Made by a program: the position numbers and the translations under genes
Assembly: GCF_044704955.1 (NCBI RefSeq)
Contig: NW_027252668.1
Coordinates: 3,162,001 to 3,226,000 of the forward strand
Length of the DNA: 64,000 nucleotides
Reading direction: 5' to 3'
Source of the DNA: Pristiophorus japonicus
Lineage: Eukaryota
Notes under the pieces: model-generated
What the model saw: only the letters and a program-made list of their open reading frames with translations
The model's database searches: none
Told to the model about the DNA's origin: nothing
Part shown: one piece after another, positions 25,388 through 38,275 of the stretch
Layout: each line of letters opens with the position of its first letter
How positions within the stretch are numbered: position 1 is the first letter of the stretch

Positions 25388-25972
25388 ACGATTAACGAGT
25401 GTCATACTTATGCAGGAGCCATCAAGCAAACTCTACCAAGTAACGTTCATTGGTTCATGTGCAACAGCCTGCGGAGAACCATGAGATGCTACTGTAAGTA
25501 CTACTTACAACCAGAGTCATCAGAGGACCATTTTATCCTCAAGTAGAAAGTAAGAGACTGTCCACACACAGCCCGAGAATGGCCTCTCCCTTCCCCCACT
25601 CACTCCATGTTCCGGAACTAGTTCCTGCTCCACTCTGCCTCTGACAAACAAACAGCCCCCGACGGAACTAAACCAGGAACGTTCACTCCTGGTTAGGAGA
25701 GAGAAAGCAGCAATGATTGTAAACAGCAGATTCTGCCCATTCTGTCTCCCTTCCCCCTGGACACACACTGTCCACACACAGCCTGAGAATGGCCTCTCCC
25801 TCCCCCCACTCACACCACGCACTGACACTGGTTCTTGCTTCACTCCGCCCCTTACACACAGCCCCTGACTCCCCCTGAACTCTCCCCGGACTCAGTGCCG
25901 GTCTCTGAGCCCATCTGCGGACACGCTCCCAAAGCGCTGCGCTGCTGTAAGGAGGCTGCTGCTCGCTGCCTT

Positions 25973-26180
25973 ACCCAGGGGCCGCGGTCTCTCCACTCTT
26001 GGCTGTTTGAAACCATCTTCTTCCGCTCACTGAGTGAATGGTGATCACAGGCAGGACTGGGGGAGGGGAGGGAGCATGCGCTCTTCTGCTCACTGGGAAT
26101 CGACACAGGGGGCGGGGCTGAGCCGCGCACGCGCAGCTCTCTGCAATAATTCAGCCTGTAAAAATCAAAGTGCACTTTTC
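25973..26180 (-). promoter_or_regulatory. Promoter/first exon, copy B
   Basis: Near-identical to 8441-8650; donor TGG|GTAAGG, GT at 25974-25973; both NRF1-type motifs carry one mismatch. Confidence 0.65.
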
Positions 26181-26439
26181 CCAATTCACTTTCATTAGAA
26201 TCTGACAAAGGAACTGGGCCTGGGGGGAAAGGACAGAGAATGATTAAAGCTGGGAGCCTTGTCCCTTGGAGATGCTCAATTTGGGATCATTCCGTGCAGG
26301 GTGTTTCTCTCTCCATGAGCCCGTCTTCACAAAGTAATCCTGCAGAAACATCGGAGGGACAAGGGAGTGGGAGTGTTTGCTGGGACCGTGCAGGAGTTAA
26401 TATCTGACAGAAAGAGTCCGAGATTAGTTTAAACACTCT

Positions 26440-28235
26440 CACTGTGAGTAATACCGAAGTGCACAATCAAGAGGTTATAGGTAGGGAGGAACTTATTACA
26501 ATCACTGTCACTAATGAAGTAGTACTCGGTAAAATAATGGGACTAAAGGCGGACAAGTCCCCTGGACCTGATGACTTACATCCTTTGGTCTTAAGAAATG
26601 TGACTAGAGATAGTGGATGCATTGTTTGTAATCTACCAAAATTCCCTGGATTCTGGGGAGGTCCGAGCAGATTGGAAAATTGCAAATGTTTAAAAAAGGA
26701 GGCAAACAAAAACCAGGAAACTATGGACCAGTTAGCCGAACATCTGTTGTTGTGAAAATGCTGGAGTCCATTATTAAGGAAGCAGTAGCAGGACATTTGG
26801 AAAAGCATGATTCAATCAAACAGAGTCAGCATGGTTTTATGAAAGGGAAATCACGTTTGATAAATTTGCTGGAGGTCATTGAGGATGTAACAAGCACGGT
26901 AGATAAGAGGCAGCCTGTGGACGTGGTGTATTTGGATTTCCAGAAGGCATTCGATAAGGTGTCACATAAGAGGTTACTGCATAAGATAAAAGCTCATGGG
27001 ATTGGGAGCAATATATCAGCATGGATGGAGAATTGGCTAACTAACAGCAAACAGAGAGTCAGGATAAATGGGTCATTTTCTGGTTGGCAAACAGTGATGA
27101 GTTGGGTGCCACAGGGATCTGTGCTGCGTCGTCAACTATTTACAATCTATATTAATGACTTGGATGAACGGGCCGAGTTTAATTTAGCCAAGTTTGCTGA
27201 TGATACAAAGATGGGTGGGAAAGCAAATTGTGATGAGGACACAGTAGATATGCAAAGGGATCTCGACAGGCTAAGTGAGTGTGCAAACATTTGGCACATA
27301 AGAACATAAGAAATAGGAGCAGGAGTAGGCCATATGGCCCCTCGAGCCTGCTCCACCATTTAATACAATCATGGCTGATCCGCTCATAGACTCAGGTCCA
27401 CTTCCAGATGGAGTATAATGTGGGAAAATGAGAGGTTATCCATTTTGGCAGAAATAATAGAAAAGAAAATTATAATTTAAATGGAGAAAAATTGCAATGT
27501 GCAGCAGTACAGAGAGCCTTGGGGGTCCTTGTACATGAAACACAAAAAGTTAGTGTGCAGGTATAGCAAGTAATCAGTAACACAAATGGAACATTGGCTT
27601 TTATTGCAAGGGAGATATAGTACAAAAGCAGATAAGTCCTGCTACAACTGTACAGGGTATTGGTAAGGCCACACCTGGAGTACTGTGTACAGTTTTGGTC
27701 TTCGTATTTAAGGAAGGATATACTTACATTGGAGGCTGTTCAGAGAAGGTTCACTCGGTTGATTCCGGAGATGAGGGGGTTGATTTATGAGGAAAGGTTT
27801 GAGTAGGTTGGGTCTGTACACATTGGAGATCAGAAGAATGAGAGGTGATCTTATTGAAACTTATAAGATAATGAGGGGGCTTGACAAGGTGGATGCAGAG
27901 AGGATATTTCCACATAGGGGCAACTAAAACTAGGTTACATAGTTTTAGAATAAGGGACCGCCCATTTAAAATTGGGATGAGGAGGAATTTCTTCTCTCAG
28001 AGGGTTGTAAATCTATGGAATTATCTGCCCCAGACAACTGTGAAGGTTTTGTCATTGAATATATTTAAGGCGGAGATAGACAGATTTTTGAGTGATAAGG
28101 GAGTAAATGGTTATGGGGAGGGGGCAGGGAAGTGGAGCTGAGTCCATGATCAGATCAGCCATGATCTTATTGAATGGCAGAGCAGGCTCGAGGAGCCAAA
28201 TGGCCTACTCCTGTTCCGATTTGTTATGTTCTTAT
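26440..28235 (+). mobile_element. Older CR1, copy B
   Basis: ORF 26680-27309; paralog of 9920-11915 and 52225-53997. Confidence 0.9.
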
Positions 28236-29429
28236 GGCGCTGAGCTGCAAGATTGCAGAGAGTGCAACAGGCAAGAGAGTGATAAATGTGTGACATTGTT
28301 TCTCACTCTCTGACACTGGCCCGCAGTGTGGGATTAATAATGTGTCTGTCTCTGGTACAATATCAGTGAGAGATGAGACTGCATCTTCTGTCTCTCCAAT
28401 GGGATCTTTCAGAATAAAACGGGACTTCACCGGTCAGTCTGGAACTGATACTGTGCATCTCTTTCTGTGTCTCATCGCCCTACCTCGCACTCTCCTGTCT
28501 CTCGCTCAGCCGTCTCCCCTATCTCTTGCTCTCAGTTTCTATCCGCTCTCTCTTACTGTTTGTGAAGGCGGGATACTGTTATTTAGCGTGATGTTGAAAC
28601 ACTGTTGGAAGTGCAAGACTGATCATGTCTCTGTTTCTCTCTGGTGCAATACGTGAAGGTGTGACACTGTTACTGAGCGTATTATGGAGACACTGATACA
28701 AAGTGTAAAACTGATACTGTGTCTGTCCCGCTGGTGCTGTGCATGAATGTGCGATAATATGGAGACACAGTTCGGGAGTTTAAGACTGATACTGTGTCTG
28801 TCTCTCTGTCGCTCTCTCTGATAGCCATCTCTGGGTGTGGACTATGGGATGGATAAATTCCAGAGAGGGGACGAGCTGCCTGCAATCTGTATCTCACCTT
28901 TAACCCAGCTCTTAATGCGGGAACAGGTGGGATACTATTTGGGATATTTTGAATTAACCAAAGCTGGAATTCTGGTTCCCTCCAGAAAATTAAAAGGTTA
29001 AAGGTCTGCATGGATCAATGTGTTCAGGATGTATATACTTCTCCCTTTTGAATTATTGCCCGAATAGGAGACGGTGGGCCCATCAACCGCTCATTCTCTT
29101 TACACTTAGCTCTTAACATCCGGTTCATATTCGGCTCTCCCAACATGTTCAATGACCAACGGTCTAGTTCAGCTTCCGTCTGTTTTGCATTTCTCGGAAG
29201 CCTGACCCCCTCTATATTAAATCGCTGATCAGAATATCGGCTAACAACAAACATGCGACACTGTTTGATGATCCGGACTTCGAGATGGTTATGCTTATAA
29301 CTGAGAATGTCTGAGGCTCATTTCTGATCAGCAAACTCCCACCTTAATGACAGTATAGTATGTTAAATTAAATCTTGGACAATTATGTTCCACAGAACAG
29401 AAAGCAGCCCTTTCACAGATAATGTGGGT

Positions 29430-29482
29430 TGCTCGGAAAAAAGCCTTTGGGTTATTATATTAAATCCTGTCCGCTTTACTTG
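29430..29482 (-). pseudogene. H2A: H2A scar: stop codon, 3' UTR and decayed stem-loop only
   Basis: Aligns to 58991-59043, then jumps to the equivalent of 59546; ~502 bp including the CDS is deleted at a TTG microhomology. Confidence 0.85.
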
Positions 29483-30330
29483 GTCTTTTCAGGTCACAGT
29501 CTGTTTAGCCCACCAATGGAAGTAGGGCGAAAATTACTGTCTCCATCAGTCAGAATATCGATTTTTAATTCAAAAACCCCGCCAAGAAATTTTAAAATAG
29601 CGGATTATGTTAATATAAATTCACCATTAGTCAAAGATTTCCCAACACGTTTTAATTAATTTTGTCTTTTACATATTCCCCTTGCAAGTTCCAGGCTGTT
29701 ACAATCAGGATTAAATTCGGGTACTATTTCAAACTGTCTAATGGGCGGGAATCAAACCCCACCGATTCTGTAACGGGACACATTCCAACTCAATCTTTGT
29801 AAAAGTTGTGTTTCACAGATTATCGATCGATCCCCTGCAAAGGCGGGAGTGAGCCCAGAACAGGGAGTCCTTCTGTGAAAAGAGAAGAGGAACAGAGTAT
29901 TCAAACTGCCCCGGTTCTGGTCTCTGTAAGAACTCCCATTCTGGGTTGTTACACTGCGGGGAGTGTCGGCTTAATAAACGGACTGACCCGCAACAGGAAT
30001 TGAAAAATAAACTTGAAAAGGGCTTGCGAGAGAGAATGTGTGACTGAAATCTGAGTCTCAGCCCCAAAACAAACTCTTAATTTGGCAGGCGGTGTAAATG
30101 AACGGGTCTGAGAGCAAAAGAAACAGCGACCAGGGACCGTGTTTGTCGTTGGCGGAAAATTCCAGCGACGCTAAGGTGGAACCGGACAGTGAAACTGATA
30201 TGAGAATTCAAAACTAAATCTACAACTGGAAGTGTAAAGGTTCTCAAATATACTCGTTCAGGAAATAATTACAGTAAACAGAGTGTAAAGGGAGATGCGT
30301 TTGTGCAGCTCTTTCAGAGATGTTGTGGGT

Positions 30331-30346
30331 GGCTCTTAAAAGAGCC
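30331..30346 (-). terminator. Histone 3' stem-loop of H2B copy B
   Basis: GGCTCTTTTAAGAGCC followed by ACCCA and a downstream GAAAGAGCTG (U7-binding element). Confidence 0.95.
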
Positions 30347-30386
30347 GTTGTGTTTGGGGTTTGATCTGTCAGGACAGCGGGCAGTC

Positions 30387-30764
30387 TCACTTGGAGCTGG
30401 TGTACTTGGTCACCGCCTTTGTCCCTTCCGACACGGCGTGCTTGGCCAGCTCCCCAGGCAGCAGCAGGCGTACGGAGGTCTGGATCTCCCGGGAACTGAT
30501 GGTGCGGCGCTTGTTGTAATGGGCCAGGCGGGAAGCCTCACCAGCGATGCGCTCGAAAATATCCTTCACAAACGAGTTCATGATGCCCATGGCCTTGGAG
30601 GAGATGCCGGTGTCGGGGTGAACCTGCTTCATCACTTTGTAGATGTAGATGGCGTAACTCTCCTTCCTCGACCTTCTGCGCCTCTTGCCGCTCTTCGCTG
30701 GGGTTTTTTTAACTATTTTCTTGGCGCCTTTCTTGGCGGGACCTGTTTTCTTTTCGTCAGCCAT
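30387..30764 (-). CDS. H2B: Replication-dependent histone H2B (copy B), 125 aa
   Basis: Complete H2B fold, intronless, stem-loop at 30331-30346. Confidence 0.97.
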   Translation of the reverse strand: MADEKKTGPAKKGAKKIVKKTPAKSGKRRRRSRKESYAIYIYKVMKQVHPDTGISSKAMGIMNSFVKDIFERIAGEASRLAHYNKRRTISSREIQTSVRLLLPGELAKHAVSEGTKAVTKYTSSK

Positions 30765-30809
30765 CGTCTCGTTCAGTCAGGCGCAGATTTGGGGAAATTC
30801 TGCTCCGAG

Positions 30810-30950
30810 CTCGCATTATATCGGCAGCCACACACTCCGCCCACAGCCCTATGCTAATGAGGGATGGGCGAAGACAATGGTTGTGATTGGCTTGTCAATA
30901 TCCAGTGTTCTGTATCTCTCTGATTGGATGTTTAAAGAGACCAATCAAAT
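30810..30950 (-). promoter_or_regulatory. H2B promoter (paralog at ~60880-61017)
   Basis: TATAAT, GC box, octamer variant ATTAGCAT (30858-30851) and three CCAAT boxes. Confidence 0.8.
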
Positions 30951-31261
30951 TTGTTGCTCGCTACAATCTCAAATTCTTGAATGAGGTCATCAGTTACAAC
31001 ACCTCCTGATTTATACTCTGTTCTTTATGTGTTTCTGTTCTGCTATCAGGCAAAAATCTTATGAGCAAGGTTCATAAATCTTTTAGTATATATTCAATAA
31101 TCTGAACAGCAAACTCGCTGCTCTGCTTGTCGATCTAGATTTTTACATGTTCCACAGACATTGACCGGTTTATAACCGAGATTGACTGAGGGTGACTTCT
31201 GGTCAGGAAACTCCCAGTTTATCAACCGTAGGGATTTAATATCAAGTAGAGAAATAGTGAC

Positions 31262-31710
31262 CTGGATTTATATTGCGCCTTTCACGACCATCGGACTTCT
31301 GAACGTGCTTCGCAGCCAATGAAGTGCTTTTTGAAGTGTAGACACTGTAGTAATGTAGGAACGGCGGCAGAAATTTCACACACAGCAAGCTCCCATAAAC
31401 AGCAATGTGATAATGACCGGATAATCTGTTGAGTTGTATTGATCGAGGGATAAGTATTGGCCAGGACACCGGGGATAACTGACCTGCTATTCTTCAAAAT
31501 AGTGGCCGTGGTATCTATTACAACCACCTGAGAGAACGACGGGCCTCCGTTTAACGTCTCTTCCGACAGATGGCACCTCCGACAGTGCAGCACTCCCTCA
31601 TCACTGCACTGGCATATCAGCCTAGATTTTTGTGCTCAAGTCCCTGGAGTGGGACTTGAACCCACAACCTTCTGACTCAGAAGTGAGGGTGCTACCAACT
31701 GAAGCACAGC
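31262..31710 (-). mobile_element. tRNA-derived SINE, Deu-domain (SacSINE1-like)
   Basis: A box TGCTTCAGTTGGTAG, B box GGTTCAAGTCCC, core ...gagggagtgctgcactgtcggaggtgccatct...; family recognised from memory. A tail-only copy lies at ~57757-57825. Confidence 0.82.
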
Positions 31711-31778
31711 TGATAAGATTGTGATCAATAGATCAGTTTCTTCAGACAGTAACCAGCCCTTTCACAGATAGAGTGCGT

Positions 31779-31848
31779 GGCTCTGAAAAGAACCGACGTG
31801 ATATTAGATTAAATCTTGTCCACTTTACTTGCTCTTGCTGGGGCCAGC
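31779..31848 (-). pseudogene. H2A: Second H2A 3' remnant with intact stem-loop
   Basis: AGPSKSK* at 31848-31825; 3' UTR resembles 59007-59036; GGTTCTTTTCAGAGCC at 31794-31779; GAAAGGGCTG downstream. Confidence 0.72.
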
Positions 31849-32556
31849 ATTGGATTTGGTTGTCAGGAGCACCATGTTGATTTTTGGCTGTTCAGCCATG
31901 GTCCTATTGAATTGTGGAGCAGGCTCGAGGGGCCTTATGGCTTTCTCCTATTTCTTACAGCTGTCAGTCTGTGGTATGTGAGTGTTGTTTTTTCTTCAGT
32001 TTCTGCTAGGCGAATTTGGGTTTCATTATACACCTGTCAGCTTCGAGTATGTGAGTGTGATTTTCACAGTATCTCACTGTCCCTGGGATGTGTGTGTGGG
32101 TTTTATTCTGTACCTGTCAGTTTCTGTTATGCAAATGCGTGTTTTACTCTCTACCTGTAAGTTTCTGTTATGTGAGTGTGGGTTTTATTGTGTATTGTTC
32201 AGACTCTGAGGTGTGTGTGTGTGGATTTTATTTTATATGAATGCAACTAATCTTTTTTACAAAGAGAAAGACGAGTAAATGTTATTGAGTGGAATCTGAG
32301 TGTCCTTGTACATGAATCACAGAAAGTTAACATGCAGTTACAGCAAACAATTCTGAAGATAAATGGTATGTTAGCCCTTAATGCAAATGGGTTGGAGTAA
32401 GGTAGCGTTGGTACAATGATATAGAACTGAGATTGGGAGAAATTTGTTCACTCAGAGGGTTCTGAATCACTGGAGTTGGGATTTTAACCTGCATCTGTCA
32501 GTTTCTTGTTTGTGAATTGTGATGTTTTCTGTTTTTTTGTCAGTAATTTGTGGAGA

Positions 32557-32620
32557 TTTACTTCGAGCTGGTGTGCTTGGCCAGCTCCCCGGGTAGTACC
32601 AGACTAATGCCCGTCTCGAT
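32557..32620 (-). pseudogene. H2B: H2B 3' remnant with internal deletion
   Basis: [10 protein letters not shown] joined directly to TSS..; flank homologous to 18590-18645. Confidence 0.75.
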
Positions 32621-32989
32621 GTGTGGACACAACCTGCACACTCCAAACTGTTAGAGGTTGCTGCCATCTCCTGGCTGCAACAAGTGACAATCATTCAGCA
32701 GAACCCATTTTAAATTCCAGAGATTGCTCAGAACCATGTTTATGTTCAGCTTAAATTATTGCAAAGTATTTTATTGGTCCATCTGAAAACTCCAAACAAC
32801 CATTAAAAGCAGGTGGAGGCGCTCATCCGATTCTAGTGTGAACAGTGGGGTTAATCACTGAGTGTGGGATAGACATTACTGGGCAATCCATTTCAACCAA
32901 ACGTGCCTTTGCAGAGCCGTCGACTGTGCTGGGGTTAATCATCGAGTGTGGGACAGGCACTGCCTCTGTCACTCAGGTGCTGTGTGCTA

Positions 32990-33570
32990 TTGTGGGATTC
33001 ACTGGTCAGTGTAGGATAGATACTGTATCTGTCACTGTCTGGTACAGTGTTTCAGTGTGGGATTGGCTGGGAGTATAGTAAAGAAACTGTATCTCTCACT
33101 CTCTGGTACAGTGTGTCAGTGTGGGATTGACTGGGAGTATAGTAAAGGCACTGTATCTGTCACTGTCTGGTACAGTGTGTCAGTATGTGTTTGGCTGGGA
33201 GTATAGTAAAGACACTATCTGTTACTGTCTGGTACAGTGTGTCAGTGTGGGATTGACTGGGAGTAAAGACACTATCTGTCACTGTCTGGTACAGTGTGTC
33301 GGTGTGTGATTGACTGGGAGTATAGTAAAGACACTGTATCTGTCACTGTCTGGTACAGTGTGTCAGTATGTGTTTGGCTGGGAGTATAGTAAAGACACTA
33401 TCTGTCACTGTCTGGTACAGTGTGTCAGTGTGGGATTGACTGGGAGTATAGTAAAGACACTGTATCTGTCACTGTCTGGTACAGTGTGTCAGTGTGGGAT
33501 TGACTGGGAGTATAGTAAAGACACTATCTGTCACTGTCTGGTACAGTGTGTCAGTGTGGGATTGACAGGC
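32990..33570. repeat. ~64-bp tandem array (shorter paralog at ~37970-38225)
   Basis: gtgtgggattgactgggagtatagtaaagacactgtatctgtcactgtctggtacagtgtgtca, ~9 copies. Confidence 0.92.
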
Positions 33571-33611
33571 ACGTGTAAAAACAGAAAGCGATGTTTTCCC
33601 GCTTGATGCGT

Positions 33612-33684
33612 GTGATGGTGGTAGAGTGGTGAGCACAGCTGCCTTCCAAGCTAGTTGATCTGGGTTCAATTCACGGCCGTAGGA
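33612..33684 (+). pseudogene. tRNA-Gly(TCC) pseudogene
   Basis: GTGATGGTGGTAGAGTGGTGAGCACAGCTGCCTTCCAAGCTAGTTGATCTGGGTTCAATTCACGGCCGTAGGA; 1-nt insertion in the anticodon stem, mismatched acceptor stem. Confidence 0.82.
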
Positions 33685-33994
33685 TCCAGTCAAATTTGAA
33701 TCCACTTTCTGTTTGGGATATATAAGTGAATGTTTTAATCAATACCTGTGAATTTCTGGTTTGTGAGTGTTGATTTTAATCTTTATACACATTCTCTGAT
33801 TATTGTGGGGGGTTTCTAGGTACTGTATTGAAACCGGGTTTGTGGTTATGGACTTTATTCTGTATCAGCCCACCTCTGGTATGTGATGATGACTTTTACT
33901 CTGTATCTGTCAGTGTTTGATATGACGGTGTGTTTTATTCCGTACCAGTCCTGCTCCTATTTCTTATGTTATGTTTATTATGATAGTCGAGTAT

Positions 33995-34185
33995 AAAAGC
34001 AAAATACTGTGAATGCTGGAATCGGAAATAAAAACAGAAAATGCTGGAAATTTCAGCGGGTCAGGCAGCATTTGTGGAGAGAGAGAAAGTTAACGTTTCA
34101 TTTCGATGACAAAGGCTCATCCACCTGAAACATTAACTCTGTTCCTCTCTCCACTGATGCTGCCTGACCCGCTGAGATTTACCCG
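33995..34185. mobile_element. Inverted-repeat element, Penelope-like terminal-repeat type (paralog ~38375-38518)
   Basis: Arms 34048-34100 and 34126-34180 are reverse complements (cagcgggtcaggcagcat / atgctgcctgacccgctg). Family assignment is inference. Confidence 0.6.
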
Positions 34186-34489
34186 CTGATATACCAGTAT
34201 TCATTTTCCTTTCTACCAGTCAATTATTGATACAGAGTAGAGGAGAGTACTCTGTATCTATCATTTTCAGCTTTGCGATTGTGGGTTTTAGTCTCTTTCT
34301 CTCAGTCTCTGGTACGTGGGCGTGAGTTTCGCTCTGTATCTACCTGTGCGTGTGGACTTTACTCTATATCTGGCAGTGTCTGTTATGGGAGTCTGGATTT
34401 TATTCTGTACTTGTCATCTTCTGATTTATTAGTCTGGGTCTTATCCATAACTGCCAGTTTCTACCTAATTCAGAGATGGTTTTCCTTTC

Positions 34490-35361
34490 AATCTGTCAGT
34501 CTCTGGTACGGGAGTATGTATCTATCTGTGTGCCTGTCCGGTATGGGAGTATGTATCTATCTGTGTGCTGTCAGTCTCTGGTATGGGAGTTTGTCTCTAT
34601 CTCTGTGCCTGTCGGTCGTTGGTGTGGGAGTATGTATCCAACTCTGTGTCCGTCAGTCTCTTGTATAGGAGTAGGTATCTATCTCTGTGCCTGTCAGTTT
34701 CTGGCATGGGAGTATGTACGATCTGTGCCATTAGTTTCTGGATGGGAGTATGTATATATCTCTGTGCCTATCATTCTCTAGTATGGAAGTATATATCTAT
34801 ATGTGTGCCTATCAATCTCTGTATGGGAGTATGTATCTATTTCTGTCCCCGTCAGTCTCTGGTATAGGAGTATGTATCAATCAGTGCTGTCCGTGTCTGG
34901 TCTGGGTGTATGTAGCTATCTGTGTGCTTTCAGTACCTGGTATGAAAGTATGTATCTAATTCTGTGCAAGTCAGTCTCTGGTATTGGATCGTGTATCTAT
35001 CTCTGTGCCTGCCAGTCTCTGGTATTTGATTGTGTATCTATCTGTGTGCTGTCAGTCTCTGGTATGGGATTATGTATCTATCTCTGTGCCTGTCAGTCTC
35101 TGATGTGGGAGTATGCATCTATCTGTGTGCGTGTCAGTCTCTGGTATGGGAGTATGTATCTATCTGTGTGCCTGTCAGTATCTGGTCTGGGTGTATGTAT
35201 CTATCTCTGTGCCTGTCAGTCTCTGGTATGGGAGTATGTATCTATCTGTGTGCGTGTCAATCTCTGGTATGGGAGTATGTATCTATCTGTGTGCGTGTCA
35301 GTGTCTGGTATGGGAGTATGTATCTATCTGTGTGCCTGTCAGTGTCTGGTATGGGAGTATG
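34490..35361. repeat. 41-bp tandem array (gtatgggagtatgtatctatctgtgtgcctgtcagtctctg)
   Basis: Clear 41-nt periodicity. Confidence 0.92.
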
Positions 35362-36370
35362 ATTGAGTGTGATTGAGTCTGCCTCCACCACCCTTTCTGG
35401 CAATGCATTCCAGATGTTGACCACTCGCAGTTTAAACATGTTTTTTATCATGGTGCCTTTGATTCATTTGTCTATCAGCTTAAATCTGTGTCCTCTGGTT
35501 CTCGACCCTTATGCCACTGGGAACAGTTTCCCTCTATCTACTCTGTCCAGATCCCTCATGATTTTGAAGACCTCTATCACATCTTCTCCCAATCTACTCT
35601 GCTCCATGGAGAACAACGCCAACTTCTCTAGTCTATCCACGTGACTGAAGTCCCTGATCCCTGGAATCATTCTCGTTAATCTTTGCTGCACCCTCTCCAA
35701 GGCCTTCACATCCTTCCTAAATTGTGGTTCCCAGTTGAGGCCGAACCAGTGTTTTATACAGGTTCATCATATGTTCCACGCTTTTGTACTGTATACCTCT
35801 ATTCATGAAGCTCTGGGTCCCGGAAGCTTTTTTAACCACTTCCTCAACCTGCCCTGCCATGTCCAACAATCTGTGCACATATACCCCCAGGTCTCTGTTC
35901 ATGCACCCACTTTAGAATTGTACCCTTTCGTTTATATTGCTTCTCCTCATTCTTTCTACCAAAATGTATCATTCACGTGTTTCTGCGTTAAATTTCATCT
36001 GCCACGTGTCCGCCCATTCTACCAACCTGCCTATGTCATCCTGAAGTCTATCACTGTGCTCCTCACTGTTCCCTATATTTCCAAGTTTTGTGTCATCTGC
36101 AAGTTTTGAAATTGTGCCCTGTACACACACATCCAAGTCATTAATATGTATCAAGCAAAGCACTGGTCCAATACTGACCCTTGGGGAACATCACTGTGTA
36201 CCTTCCTCCAGTCCAAAATAAAACCCTTCTCACTCCTGTCACTTACCTCATTTCTTATCCATGCTGCCACTGTCCTTTTTATTCCATAGGCTTCAACTTT
36301 GCTTGTAAACCTAATATGTGGCACTTTGTCGAACGCCTTTTGGAAATCCATGTACACCACTTCAACTGCA
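35362..36370 (-). mobile_element. Old degenerate CR1
   Basis: Fragmented ORFs with DFQKAFDKVPH, KLADDTKLG, LVRPQL. Confidence 0.85.
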
Positions 36371-37282
36371 TAGTTGTCTCTGGTATGTGGGTGTGAATTT
36401 TACTCTGCATCAGTCAGTGTCTGTATTGTGAACGTGGATCCTTCTCTCTACCCGTCGGTCTCTGGTATGCTAATATTGGTTTTACTCTGTATTAGTCAGT
36501 TTCTGATACAGGAGTGTGGGGTTTCCTTTCTACCTGTCAATTTCTGCTGAGAAGGGTTTACTCTGAATCTTGAAGTGCATTAGTGTGGGTTTCAATCTTC
36601 ATCTGTATGTCTCTGATATGTGAATGTTTTTCCCCCACTATCTTCAGTTTGTGGTGTGTTAGTTAGGGTTTTACTCTGTTAGTTCAGGTTTTACTCTGTA
36701 TTGTGCATCTCTGGTATGAGAGTGTGAGTTTCACTCTGAACCTGTCAGTTTCTGGTATATGTGTTGGGTTTTATTTGCACCTTCCAATCTCTGGGATGTG
36801 AGCATGTGTTTTACTCCCTGTTTCTGGTATACGAATGTAGGTTACGCACTGTATCTCTCAGTTTCTGGTATTTGAGTGGCGTTTCATTCTGCACCTCTCA
36901 GTTTCTGCTATGTGAATCTTACACTGTATTAGCAGTTTCTGGGATGTGATTGTGCTTTTTTTCACTGTGTACCTGTCAGGTTGTGATACCTTAGTCTGAG
37001 TTTTGTGCTGTATCTGTACATTTCTGTTATATGAATGAGTAAGGGTTTTAATCAGTACCTGCCAGTGTCTTGTCAGGGAATGTGGATTTTATCTGTACCT
37101 GTCAATCTGTTACATAAATATGGGTTTTCTGCTCAACCTGTCTGTTTCGACTATGCGAGTGTGGGTTTTAATCAGTACTTGCCAGTTTCCGGACCTGGAG
37201 TTGGGATTTTAACCTGCATCTGTCAGTTTCTTGTATGTGAATCGTGGAGTTTTCTGTTTTTTTGTCAGTAATTTGTGGAGAT

Positions 37283-37345
37283 TTACTTGGAGCTGGTGTG
37301 CTTGGCCAGCTCCCCGGGCAGTACCACACTCATGGACGTCGAGAT
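37283..37345 (-). pseudogene. H2B: H2B 3' remnant, paralog of 32557-32620
   Basis: [13 protein letters not shown] with the same internal deletion. Confidence 0.75.
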
Positions 37346-37692
37346 GTGTGGACACAATCTGCACACTAACTGTTAGAGGTTGCTGCCATCTCCTGGCTGA
37401 AAGTGAGTGCTGCAACAAGTGACAATCATTCAGCAGAACCCATTTTAAATTCCAGAGATTGCTCAGAACCATGTTTATGTTCAGCTTAAACTATTGCAAA
37501 CTATTGGTCCGGCTGAAAACTCCAAACAAGCATTAAAAGCAGGTGGATGCGCTCACCCGATTCTAGTGTGAACAGTGGGGTTAATCACGGAGTGTGGGAT
37601 AGACATTACTGGGCAATCCATTTCAACCAAACGTGCCTTTGCAGAGCCGTCTACTGTGCTGGGGTTAATGATTGAGTGTGGGACAGACATTG

Positions 37693-37937
37693 TGTCATGT
37701 ATTTCACCATCTTGCAATGGCTATAAGTATGTAACTGTAACTCATGCATACTGTATCTGTACCCTTGTAATGCACACAGGGAGTTAGCTCCTCACCTGGG
37801 CTTCCAGGTACAAAAGGGGAGGTCCCACCCAGGATCAACAATCTTAAGTCCTGGGAATAAAGTGAAGGTCACAGAGTGACCGTGTCTGATATATCCATGC
37901 CTCATGCGAGTTTGTAACAAGGTGCAGAGACACTACA
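37693..37937 (+). mobile_element. Solo LTR, 245 bp, 5-bp TSD CA(T/C)TG
   Basis: TGT...ACA termini; AATAAA at 37856-37861; empty site at ~32955-32965. Confidence 0.85.
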
Positions 37938-38275
37938 CACTGCCTCTGTCACTCAGGTACTGTGTGCTAATGTGGGATTCACTGGTCAGTGCAGGATAGA
38001 TACTGTATCTATCACTGTCTGGTACAGTGTGTCAGTGTGGGATTGACTGGGAGTATAGTAAAGACACTGTATCTGTCACTGTCTGGTACATTGCATCAGT
38101 GTGGGAGTGACTGGGAGTATAGTAAAGACACTATCTGTCACTGTCTGGTACAGTGTGTGATTGACGGATTATAGTAAAGACACTATCTGTCACTGTCTGG
38201 TACAGTGTGTCAGTGTGGGATTGACAGGCACGTGTAAAAACAGAAAGCGATGCTTTCCCGCTTGATGCGTGCGAT

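Noticed and set aside
25505-25535. Minus-strand CTGATGA as a hammerhead core
   Set aside because: No stem II followed by GAAA at a suitable distance.
29262-29335. Possible C/D-box snoRNA (TGATGA...CTGA)
   Set aside because: Weak terminal stem, no recognisable guide, and the segment is missing from copy C.
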